Source: Candidatus Poribacteria bacterium (GTDB taxonomy: Bacteria; Poribacteria; WGA-4E; PCPOR2b). Taken from it: a stretch of 64,000 bases of DNA. The first letter of the stretch is position 1. Each line of letters begins with the position of its first letter. The notes under the pieces are model-generated. The model was not told the origin of the DNA and did no database searches. It saw only the letters and a program-made list of their open reading frames with translations. The position numbers and the translations under genes are program-made. The stretch is from the NCBI GenBank assembly GCA_965208325.1, contig OZ242326.1, positions 3,040,001 through 3,104,000 on the forward strand, written 5' to 3'. This document shows positions 1 to 8,504 of this stretch, piece after piece.

Positions 1-99
1 TAAGCTAAGCTTAAAAAACATCGCCCTCTTCATAAGAGTAATCCTTCATTAGGAAGCTGTTTTTGGGAAAATTTGGTTTCTGACTCCGAATGTTCGGTC

Positions 100-2310
100 C
101 TACTTGACAACCACCATCCGCCTTAGCGCGGTGAGATCGCCCGCTCGGAGTTGATAGTAATAAGTGCCGCTTGTGACGGGTTCGCCGTTTTGGTTCCGGC
201 CGTCCCAATACGCAGCGCTCGCTTTATCGCGGTAGATTCCTGAAACTTGATGCCCAATGTCAAGGATGCGGACGATATGCCCGCTCTGGTCGTAGATGCT
301 TAAGGTTACGACCGAATCGTTTGCCAATTGATACGGTATCCAAGTTTCGGGGTTGAATGGATTCGGATAATTCTGCAGCAGCGCCGTGCGTTTGATGTTT
401 CCAAAGGTTGTGATGCGTCGTTCCGACGGTTCCACCGCTAATTGGATTGAAGACTCAACTTCCCACAGCAATACGGTGCCGTCGCGACTCCCGCTCGCGA
501 GTATCCGTCCATCAGGATTGTATACGATACTCCAGACATCATCCGTATGCCCGTTGAGCGTTCGCAGAAGTTCTCCCGTATCGGCGTCCCACAGACGGAC
601 GGTATCGTCTGAACTCCCACTGGCGATAGTCTTGCCATCGGGGCTGAACGCAACGCTATTGACGAAACCCGTTTGCTCGCCGAGCGTGAGTCGGTGTTTT
701 CCCGTATCGGCATCCCACAGACGGATGGTATTGTCCTCACTCCCGCTAGCAATCGTTTCGCCATCGGGACTGTATGCAACGCTCCTAACTATATCCGAAT
801 GTCCGTTGAGCGTTCTCAGGTGTTTCCCAGTATCGACGTTCCACAGCCGGACGCTATCGTCCAAACTCCCGCTGGCGATAGTCTTACCATCGGGGCTGAA
901 CGCAACGCTACCGACTGAATTAGCATCCTCATTAATTGTTCTTAGACTTTCTCCGGTATTTGGGTTCCACAGTCTTATTGTCCCATCCGTACTACCACTG
1001 GCAAAGGTGCGCCCATCGGGACCGAACACAACGCTAAAGACCCGTTCCGTATGCCCTTTTAACTTTCGCTTTTGTTTTCCGGTATCGAAGTCCCAAAGCC
1101 GTATGGAAGAGTCTGAATTTCCACTGGCAATTGTTCTGCTATTGGGACTGAACACAACGCTATCGACCGAGACAACACTCGGTACGGTGAGCCCTCGGTC
1201 TTGTTTTCCAGTATCGCTCCTCCACAAGCGGATGGTAGTGTCCAAACTGCCGCTTGCGACGTAACGTCCATTTGGACTGAACGCAACACAATTGACCGAC
1301 CGCGTATGCCCTATGAGTGTTGGCAGGCTTTCACCTGTGTGCGCGTCCCACAGACGGATTGTAGCGTCCCGGCTCCCACTTGCTATGGTCTTTCCGTCGG
1401 GACTGAAAGCAACGCTATAAACAAAATGCGTATGCCCTCTGAACGTACGCATATGTTTTCCAGTTTTGGTGTGCCAAAGACGGACGGTATCGTCCCTGCT
1501 TCCAGTTGCGATGGAACGGCCATCCGGACTGAACACAACGCTAGCGACTAAACCCGTGTGTCCTTTGAGAGTTCGGAGGTGTTCTCCTGTATCGGCCTCC
1601 CACAATCGGATAGTTGCGTCTCCGCTTCCGCTAACGATGGTCGTGCCATCCGGACTGAACGCAACGCTACGGACCAAATTCGTATGCCCATTGTGCCCCT
1701 TGAGTGTTCGGAGGTGTTCTCCGGTGTCGGCGTCCCACAGACGGACGCTTGCGTCCTCATATCCCCCGGCGATAGTTCCTCCATCGGGACTGAACGCTAC
1801 GGTATATACCTTAGACCTGAGTCCGCTAAACTTTCGCAGTTGTTCTCCTGTATCGGCCTCCCACAATCGAATAGTGACCCCACTCGCACTAGCGATAGTT
1901 CCTCCATCGGGACTAAACACCACGCTATCAATCGAATTTGTATGTCCCTTGAGCGTTTGCAGTCGATCTCCTGTATCGGCGTCCCACAGACGGACGCTTG
2001 CGTCCTCATATCCCCCGGCGATAGTTCCTCCATCGGGACTAAACGCTACGCTAACCACCGACGTATTCCCGGCGAATAGTGCGACCTCTCGATGGGACAC
2101 CGTATCGTAGAGCCAAATTCCGATACTGCTGGCAACTGCAAGGCGCGTACCATCCGGCGAATATTGTATTTTGCTTAAACTGCCTTTACCAAGGCGGAAT
2201 TTAGCCCCTTCGGGCAGCCCCCATTGCGGAAAATCTTGGGCATAGCTGTGCGGATATAACGCGTACACAAAAAGCAATATGTTAAACGCCAAAAACATGG
2301 CTTTCTTCAT
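100..2310 (-). CDS. Secreted WD40-repeat protein (14 repeats) with C-terminal FlgD-Ig / T9SS type A-like domain
   Basis: Signal peptide MKKAMFLAF...SYA; 14 (F/Y)xP(D/N)x repeats with GH...LWD; ends LLQNYPNPFNPETWIPYQL...YWDGRN..GEPVTSGTYYY..RRMVVVK. Start moved to ATG 2310 (AGAGG upstream). Confidence 0.9.
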   Translation of the reverse strand: MKKAMFLAFNILLFVYALYPHSYAQDFPQWGLPEGAKFRLGKGSLSKIQYSPDGTRLAVASSIGIWLYDTVSHREVALFAGNTSVVSVAFSPDGGTIAGGYEDASVRLWDADTGDRLQTLKGHTNSIDSVVFSPDGGTIASASGVTIRLWEADTGEQLRKFSGLRSKVYTVAFSPDGGTIAGGYEDASVRLWDADTGEHLRTLKGHNGHTNLVRSVAFSPDGTTIVSGSGDATIRLWEADTGEHLRTLKGHTGLVASVVFSPDGRSIATGSRDDTVRLWHTKTGKHMRTFRGHTHFVYSVAFSPDGKTIASGSRDATIRLWDAHTGESLPTLIGHTRSVNCVAFSPNGRYVASGSLDTTIRLWRSDTGKQDRGLTVPSVVSVDSVVFSPNSRTIASGNSDSSIRLWDFDTGKQKRKLKGHTERVFSVVFGPDGRTFASGSTDGTIRLWNPNTGESLRTINEDANSVGSVAFSPDGKTIASGSLDDSVRLWNVDTGKHLRTLNGHSDIVRSVAYSPDGETIASGSEDNTIRLWDADTGKHRLTLGEQTGFVNSVAFSPDGKTIASGSSDDTVRLWDADTGELLRTLNGHTDDVWSIVYNPDGRILASGSRDGTVLLWEVESSIQLAVEPSERRITTFGNIKRTALLQNYPNPFNPETWIPYQLANDSVVTLSIYDQSGHIVRILDIGHQVSGIYRDKASAAYWDGRNQNGEPVTSGTYYYQLRAGDLTALRRMVVVK

Positions 2311-2674
2311 TGGTAAACCTCTACGTAATTCAGTAAGGAGATGTAGCTCCTTTGAAAATAAATTAGGATTGGGCGTATTTACACTCCCAACACAAGATGA
2401 AGACTTTCTCTTGCGCGCGAGCGCGATAACATAGCCTATATGGTGGATACACATGCAGGTGACAACTACATCCCAATCCGACCGATTTATTGACATAAGA
2501 AGTGATATGGGTTTTGACAAAACTTTCGTTTCAACTCCAACCGCATCAAGGCTAAAGAAATACCTGTGACAGTCTTTTTAAATACACCAAATGTATGTTC
2601 ATGCTGGTGCCTTCTTTGCACGCAGCACGGACGGACTTCGGGAATTCGGCAATTTTTTATTGAGTTCAACCATC

Positions 2675-3319
2675 TCACCTACAGTAAGGAACACGTGCAC
2701 GGTTACCTGGTTGATTACAATAGTCAACAAGGATATCCTTAGGTTTATAACCAGACTTTCTATAATCAACTAACTTCAGACCGGGGTACTGCGCCATATA
2801 TGCGCCTTCACCCGTCATCATCTCTTTCATCTCCGCCTCGGTAAGATGCTTAAACTCATCTCCATTTACTTTACTAGTGAACTTAACCGCATCTCGAGCT
2901 CCGATTGCGAAACTGATATACTTCAAAAGTTCACCGTCAGGTCCCGGTTCTTTATGATCTCTCCACTGTACATAGACCACCTCCGGATAGATCGGATAAA
3001 CCTTTCGTAACGGCAATCCATCACCGACGACGTTTACAAAATCGTGGTCCCCCTGATTCCACAACTCTATCAAGACACGGTACATTATTTCATGGTCCGG
3101 CTTGTCTCCTTTTTGATAATTGGGTGCGAGCCAAACTACAATGGACTTCAGGTCTGGGGGAAACCCTTCAGGTACTTCAGGGAAAGCGCGTTCCCCCTTG
3201 ACCGGTTCCACTGTTTCTACACGATGAATTATGGGTGAACCTTTATCGCCACTATTGTTGCTATCTCCAAAAGCCAATATGGCGATCAAAACAACCGATA
3301 GCATGAAAATGAATTTCAT
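2675..3319 (-). CDS. Uncharacterised exported/membrane-anchored protein, paralog of 17398..18195
   Basis: Hydrophobic N-terminus, GGAGG RBS; shares PEVP.GFP, YR.LIELWN.G.HDFVN, VYPIYP.V.YV.W, GPDGE and PG.KLV.Y blocks with the 17.4-kb ORF. Confidence 0.85.
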   Translation of the reverse strand: MKFIFMLSVVLIAILAFGDSNNSGDKGSPIIHRVETVEPVKGERAFPEVPEGFPPDLKSIVVWLAPNYQKGDKPDHEIMYRVLIELWNQGDHDFVNVVGDGLPLRKVYPIYPEVVYVQWRDHKEPGPDGELLKYISFAIGARDAVKFTSKVNGDEFKHLTEAEMKEMMTGEGAYMAQYPGLKLVDYRKSGYKPKDILVDYCNQPGNRARVPYCR

Positions 3320-3348
3320 GGCTGTTGGTCCTCCAAATTCAGTATGCC

Positions 3349-3382
3349 AGTGGCCAGAACCTATTGTTCCGTTCTGGCCACT
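3349..3382. terminator. 12-bp hairpin between the small secreted gene and its partner (attenuator/stabiliser candidate)
   Basis: agtggccagaac-N10-gttctggccact, perfect inverted repeat. Confidence 0.5.
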
Positions 3383-3399
3383 AGCTGCGTTATTAACTA

Positions 3400-3771
3400 C
3401 TAGTCGGGAGAAGGGTAGTAAGTCGCAAAATCTGTCTTACTACGAAATTCTCCGGCCTGCGGATCCGTGCCACTGATGTAAGCCTCCGCATAAACACTTT
3501 CGTCATCATCGTTGCTCGCCGAAACACCCTCAGAAAGGTTGTTACCATTTCCATACGGGCCGTGCTTGTGGTCATCCGGATCTTTAAGTTCACCATCAAT
3601 CTTCACTAGCACACTGTATGTGCCATTGACAAGACCCCAACCATTAACTCCAGCACCGCCACCGCTCTCACTAGCATATGCGTAAGCGTTATACGCATAG
3701 ACACTTACGCAAACAATAAGAGTCGTCAACACCAAGAAACTACCCAACATAACCAACGATTTCGTTTTCAT
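3400..3771 (-). CDS. Small secreted beta-rich protein, paralog of 17029..17385
   Basis: Signal peptide MKTKSLVMLGSFLVLTTLIVCVSVYA; RBS AAAGGAGAGTATC-ATG nearly identical to that of the paralog. Confidence 0.85.
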   Translation of the reverse strand: MKTKSLVMLGSFLVLTTLIVCVSVYAYNAYAYASESGGGAGVNGWGLVNGTYSVLVKIDGELKDPDDHKHGPYGNGNNLSEGVSASNDDDESVYAEAYISGTDPQAGEFRSKTDFATYYPSPD

Positions 3772-3894
3772 GATACTCTCCTTTTTCATTGTAGTCAAGA
3801 ATAGCCGCGGATTTTAATCCTGCGCGAAACCTTGATTCAGCCAAAACATCTTTAGTGACTGCAGACCGTTCTGCAGCTTGTGATATTGTCTATG

Positions 3895-3910
3895 AGCAAA
3901 ATGCATGCCA
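3895..3910 (-). promoter_or_regulatory. sigma54 (-24/-12) promoter of cassette copy 1
   Basis: Minus strand TGGCAT-GCATT-TTGCT; matches TGGCAC-N5-TTGC, conserved in copy 2. Confidence 0.75.
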
Positions 3911-4034
3911 AAACCTATATTCCCTTTCATTTTAGATTCGATTTTGGCTAATTAACCCTGATGTGTCAAGGGATACGGGCAATTTTATTTTTTTTGGTTT
4001 GGGACGGCATGGCTTTGAATGCCTATGGCAAAGG

Positions 4035-4152
4035 GTGCGACATTTGTTGACACAATTTAGGGAAATTTGGGGTTGCCGGAGCGTGAAGCCTTGCCACACC
4101 AGGGTTTTGGCGGATGTGCGACAAAAGTTGACAAAAGCAAAAAATGTCGCAC
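4035..4152. promoter_or_regulatory. Putative upstream activator (enhancer) sites, copy 1
   Basis: GTGCGACA-N3-GTTGACA at 4035 and 4116; inverted TGTCGCAC at 4145. Confidence 0.6.
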
Positions 4153-4959
4153 CCTATTCTTGAAACGGGGAAGCGAATGCAAGAGGGACATAGCGTAGAA
4201 TGCTAGGGTTGAAAAAAGCAATCGCCGCTCCGCATTTCATTCGCTGATTCACGGCAACCGAATGAACGCCGGCACGTCGCATATCTTGACCTCCCCAAGA
4301 GTTTGGCGCTAAGCGTCTGGTTGTCATAGGCACGCATGAGGGAATCGAATATCAAACGCGCGCTGCGGCTTTCAAACCGGGAAGTGCGGCTTGCGCGGAC
4401 AATCCATTCGCCAACGCGCCTGCTTTAAGCGTCGTGTTCTTCCGGCAATCGAAAGATTGCATGTCAATCTCTTGCCGGGCTTTTTTTGTACCTGTTTTCC
4501 AATAACCCTTCCCAATCTTGCTGCCAAACCCGATGCTCCGGCACCTGCATTCGCCGTAATTCGGGGCACACTTCACGCCAGTCTGCCTCGGAATCTTGAA
4601 ACCGTTTTGAAAATAAAGTGATATACTTGATATCAACTCCAAAATTTTCCCGCGAGATGAGCGGCATTTAGTATCATAAGGCGAATACTCTTGCGGGGGT
4701 ATACGTAACGCGAAACGAAAAAATATGAAGATTGAACCGTTTAAAAAAATTTTGGACTTATCGCCTATAGCCTTTATGTGTTAATCGCCAAAATTCAAAG
4801 CGTCGAATTGAAAAAAAGAGCGTATACTATCGGGAAGAAAGAAATACCCTAGGCATGAACTGCGGGTTGATTTACAGAAAGCATTGTCGTTACAGTCCAA
4901 CCGGCGCACAAAGACGCTTTAGCCAAAAAACTTACTCACCCGAATGAGATGAAAGAACG

Positions 4960-6690
4960 TTGAAACGACCGAGGAAAATTTCCAGGCGGGCATTCCTGCA
5001 GCAGTCCTCCGGCGCGATTGCGATGGGATTCGCAGGATTAAATAGACTCTTTGCTGATTCCGAATCTGGACAGGGTTCAGGCGGTTTAATTGTAGAGCGG
5101 TACGGTAATCTGATTGCTGATCCCGACGGAATTCTTGACCTGCCGCCAGAATTTGCTTATCGGGTCTTCTCCAGGACAGGCGATATCATGGATGATGGCT
5201 TGTTGGTACCGGGCGACCACGACGGCATGGCCGCCTATCCGAGGCAAGACGGAAAGACGGTTCTTGTCCGCAACCACGAGTTAAGCGCTGACGAAATTGA
5301 AAAAAGCCCATACGGCACAGCGAACGAACTTGTCGGCCAGGTGCCGCTCGAAAAAATGTTCGACCCGGGCCTGCCGGATATTGGCGGTACCACAACCATG
5401 GTTTATGACACTCGAACCGGAACGCTCGAAAGCCATTTCTTGAGCCTTGCCGGTACGCTTCGGAATTGCGCTGGAGGACCGACGCCTTGGAATAGTTGGG
5501 TTACTTGCGAAGAATCCGTCCAGAGAGCGGTAGACGGCCATGAGCGAGATCACGGTTATAATTTTGACGTTCCCGCCGATGCAGCCGAATTAGTAGATCC
5601 GGTACCTCTGATAGATATGGGGCGGTTTTATCATGAGGCGATTGCTGTAGATCCAAAAAGCTGGATTGTCTACCAAACCGAAGACCGAAGTGATGGACTC
5701 ATCTATCGCTTCATTCCGAATCAACCCGGCAACCTCGCCGCGGGCGGCCGTCTTCAGGCGCTGGCAATTAGAGATATGCCAAGCGTGGACACTAGGAATT
5801 GGGTGCGCCGCGCCGTCCACGTCGGACAGACTTTAGAGGTCTCGTGGATTGATATTGTTAATGTCGAATCGCCGGAGGACGACCTGCGCCACCAAGGCTT
5901 CTCAAACGGTGCCGCGATGTTCGCGCGGGGTGAGGGTATGTGGTACGGCAACGGCGCAATTTACTTCGCGTGCACCAACGGCGGCGCCGCAAGGACCGGG
6001 CAGATTTGGCGGTACATTCCCAGCCGGTTTGAAGGCACAACAGGAGAGGATATCTACCCCGGCCAGCTTGACCTATTCATCGAGCCGAACAATAGCAATC
6101 TTTTGGAAAATGCCGACAATGTCACCGTCGCGCCGTGGGGTGATTTGATTCTGTGTGAAGATGGTGTCGGAGTACAGTTCCTAGTGGGTGTAACACCAGA
6201 AGGCAACCTCTATAAATTTGGAAAGAACTCTTTAAACGATTCGGAATTTGCGGGCGTTACGTTTTCGCCGGACGGTACAACCCTGTTCGTCAACATCCAA
6301 AATCCCGGCCTGACACTCGCCATCACGGGGCCTTTTCATTCAGCACGGGTTTTAGGTGAATCTGCGCGGAAACCCGCCGCAACCTTCGGTCAAATCAGGC
6401 GCGCCGAGCTGTTCCAAAACTACCCCAACCCCTTCAACCCTGATACATGGATTCCCTTTAAACTCGCCGAGGCTGCCGACGTAAGAATGGATATCTTTAG
6501 TTCGACCGGCAGCCTGGTGAGGCGGCTAAATCTGGGATACCTACCCGCCGGCGACTATCGCCATCGTTCTAAAGCAGCGTATTGGGACGGCCGAAACAGC
6601 TACGGAGAAAGAGCATCAAGCGGACTCTATTTCCTGCAGATGCACGCCGGTGATTATACATCCAGGCAGAAACTAGAGGTCCGGCAATAG
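4960..6690 (+). CDS. PhoX/DUF839-family alkaline phosphatase with Tat signal and C-terminal Ig-like (T9SS type A-like) domain
   Basis: SRRAFL twin-arginine motif; HDGMAA, RNHE, NCAGGPTPW.SWVTCEE, MGRFYHEA, ADN, CED and SEFAG motifs; C-terminal LFQNYPNPFNPDTWIP. Confidence 0.88.
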   Translation: MKRPRKISRRAFLQQSSGAIAMGFAGLNRLFADSESGQGSGGLIVERYGNLIADPDGILDLPPEFAYRVFSRTGDIMDDGLLVPGDHDGMAAYPRQDGKTVLVRNHELSADEIEKSPYGTANELVGQVPLEKMFDPGLPDIGGTTTMVYDTRTGTLESHFLSLAGTLRNCAGGPTPWNSWVTCEESVQRAVDGHERDHGYNFDVPADAAELVDPVPLIDMGRFYHEAIAVDPKSWIVYQTEDRSDGLIYRFIPNQPGNLAAGGRLQALAIRDMPSVDTRNWVRRAVHVGQTLEVSWIDIVNVESPEDDLRHQGFSNGAAMFARGEGMWYGNGAIYFACTNGGAARTGQIWRYIPSRFEGTTGEDIYPGQLDLFIEPNNSNLLENADNVTVAPWGDLILCEDGVGVQFLVGVTPEGNLYKFGKNSLNDSEFAGVTFSPDGTTLFVNIQNPGLTLAITGPFHSARVLGESARKPAATFGQIRRAELFQNYPNPFNPDTWIPFKLAEAADVRMDIFSSTGSLVRRLNLGYLPAGDYRHRSKAAYWDGRNSYGERASSGLYFLQMHAGDYTSRQKLEVRQ

Positions 6691-6791
6691 CCACCTGAAG
6701 CTTGTCAAACAATCGTCTCAAAATCTCCATCGCTTTGTTGCAATCCCTCCAAATTATTGTCACATTCCAACCGTAAAATAAATTAAAAAAC

Positions 6792-7032
6792 TAGGGCGTG
6801 TTGACATTTCATGACAACTGAACAATCATGGGGGCAGTGCACAGCCCCGAGACGATTCGTAGGGGTTGGGTTACCCAACCCTCTTTTCTCAATCATATCT
6901 GTATGTTTAGGAGTTTGCCGCCAGCGGTTGATTTGTGGGCGGGGTGCCCTAATAAACACTATCGCCCTCGCTATTCACTCGGTTGATCCCCTACGGTTAC
7001 GGAGGGATTTACACAAATGTCAACACGCCCTA
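6792..7032. mobile_element. MITE-like element with 16-bp perfect terminal inverted repeats and TA flanks
   Basis: TA-gggcgtgttgacattt (6794-6809) ... aaatgtcaacacgccc-TA (7015-7030); no transposase ORF; contains REP-like repeats. Confidence 0.7.
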
Positions 7033-7191
7033 ATATATGGCTCTGTTTTAATCGTCGATCCAACCTTGGCAGATATCTATGATGCCATAATTTTCCCCGT
7101 CCCAGCCCGCCGGAAACCTCGCAACTCGCCGCCTCGCATCGAAATTCCTTTTTTGTTGCACCAGCGCCCGAAGTGTGCTAAAGTAAAATAC

Positions 7192-8265
7192 ATGACACGC
7201 ATACGTACCCAAATTACGGCTAACTTAAAATCGAATTTCTGGCGAGGCACAAGCCTGCTGGTAATACTTCTGATCGGCTGCCATTCAGCCGTGTGGGCTG
7301 AAGGCATAAGCGGTTACTTCTTCGGCGATTACTACTACACCGCTAAATCTCACGATTCAGCCCTTGACAATCGGAGCGCATTCCAGTTCCGCCGCATCTA
7401 TTTTACCTACGACAAAGCCCTGTCGGATGAACTCTCAACACGGTTGCGGCTTGAGATGAATAGCCCTTCCTTTCCCACCGCCGGTGAAAAAAAACGTTTA
7501 GAACCGTTTGTCAAACACGCCTATCTCCAATGGAAAAACCCTGCATGGCGAACCGCATCCTACTTCGGTCTTTCCGGCACTCCGACCTGGGCAAATATCG
7601 AAAAGGTATGGGGGTATCGCCACGTTACGAAGACCTTGCTCGATTTACAAAAACTCGCAGCCAGCACAGACTTCGGCGTAGCAGTCAAAGGGAACATTGA
7701 TGCAGAAAAGAAACTTAGCTACAATCTCATGATTGCAAACGGAATGGGTACCAGCGGCGAGATTGACCAGAACAAGAAAGTCTATCTTTCTGTGGCTGCC
7801 AGACCCATTAGCGGCGTTGTAGCGGAGGTTTATGCGGATGTTGGAGATACCGAAGGCGGCCTCAATCAGCGCACCGTTCAAGGCTTTTTGGGTTATCAGC
7901 ACGACATTTTCCGGCTTGGCGTCCAGGCTGCAAATCAAACCCGTGAACAGGACGATAATGCAGAAGATTTGAATCTTTCGGGAATTTCGGTTTTCGCCGC
8001 AGCACAGATTACGGAAAATAAGGTATGGGGATTTGCACGATTTGATAGGATGTTCTCGGCGAACCCTGACGGCGAAAGGATTTCCTATACGCCTTATAGC
8101 GATACGGCGAAATCGAATACGATTATCATCGGGCTTGATTGGCAAGTAATCAAAGACCTTAATATTATCCCGAATCTGTTCCTTGTTTTCTACGATCAAC
8201 CCGATATAGGCGATAAACCAAATACAGATATTATGCCGCGTTTAACAGCGTTCTTCAGGTTTTAA
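7192..8265 (+). CDS. Outer-membrane beta-barrel porin (OprO/P-like, possibly phosphate-selective)
   Basis: Signal peptide ending VWA; FQFRRIYFTYD and FVKHAYLQW motifs; amphipathic strands; C-terminal Phe. The longer upstream ORF runs through the MITE. Confidence 0.75.
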   Translation: MTRIRTQITANLKSNFWRGTSLLVILLIGCHSAVWAEGISGYFFGDYYYTAKSHDSALDNRSAFQFRRIYFTYDKALSDELSTRLRLEMNSPSFPTAGEKKRLEPFVKHAYLQWKNPAWRTASYFGLSGTPTWANIEKVWGYRHVTKTLLDLQKLAASTDFGVAVKGNIDAEKKLSYNLMIANGMGTSGEIDQNKKVYLSVAARPISGVVAEVYADVGDTEGGLNQRTVQGFLGYQHDIFRLGVQAANQTREQDDNAEDLNLSGISVFAAAQITENKVWGFARFDRMFSANPDGERISYTPYSDTAKSNTIIIGLDWQVIKDLNIIPNLFLVFYDQPDIGDKPNTDIMPRLTAFFRF

Positions 8266-8504
8266 TCTTTAGGGAATGAGTAAGCACGCGCGACCATTGG
8301 GAGCAAGGAGATATAACTAGACATCGGCCTGATGCGCAGTCAGAGCATGAAGTTGAGCGAGTTGATAGAGCTTGAGTTAAGAATTTGGGTGGATGCGGCG
8401 CAAAACGAAAGCCGCTGCTTGTCTTTCGCGGTTGTCCCAAAAAAATCATCAATTGAGCGGATAGCGAAAGCGATAGTTGCTCCTAGTTGGGCGATAGTCT
8501 TCTA

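Noticed and set aside
386..2110. Long antisense ORFs over the WD40, PD40, radical SAM and sprA genes
   Set aside because: Shadow frames of repetitive or codon-biased real genes; no independent motifs
3963..4163. Similar small plus-strand ORFs here and at 18275..18565 (VRQKLTKAKNVAP)
   Set aside because: A 1-nt indel puts the shared upstream ATG in different frames, there is no RBS, and the conservation is explained by DNA motifs of the duplicated promoter
4165..4959. ncRNA, tRNA or small CDS in the long intergenic gaps (also 16510-16950 and 18570-19060)
   Set aside because: No cloverleaf, riboswitch or coding signature recognisable by eye; an Infernal/Rfam scan would be needed to exclude them
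6757..6777. Pho box upstream of the porin
   Set aside because: The TTGTCAC half-site has no partner at the 11-bp spacing
6811..7191. N-terminal extensions in the ORF track (also 2311-2520, 13843-13923, 44870-44998, 29603-29719)
   Set aside because: They run through MITE/REP or promoter DNA; signal peptides and RBS indicate later starts
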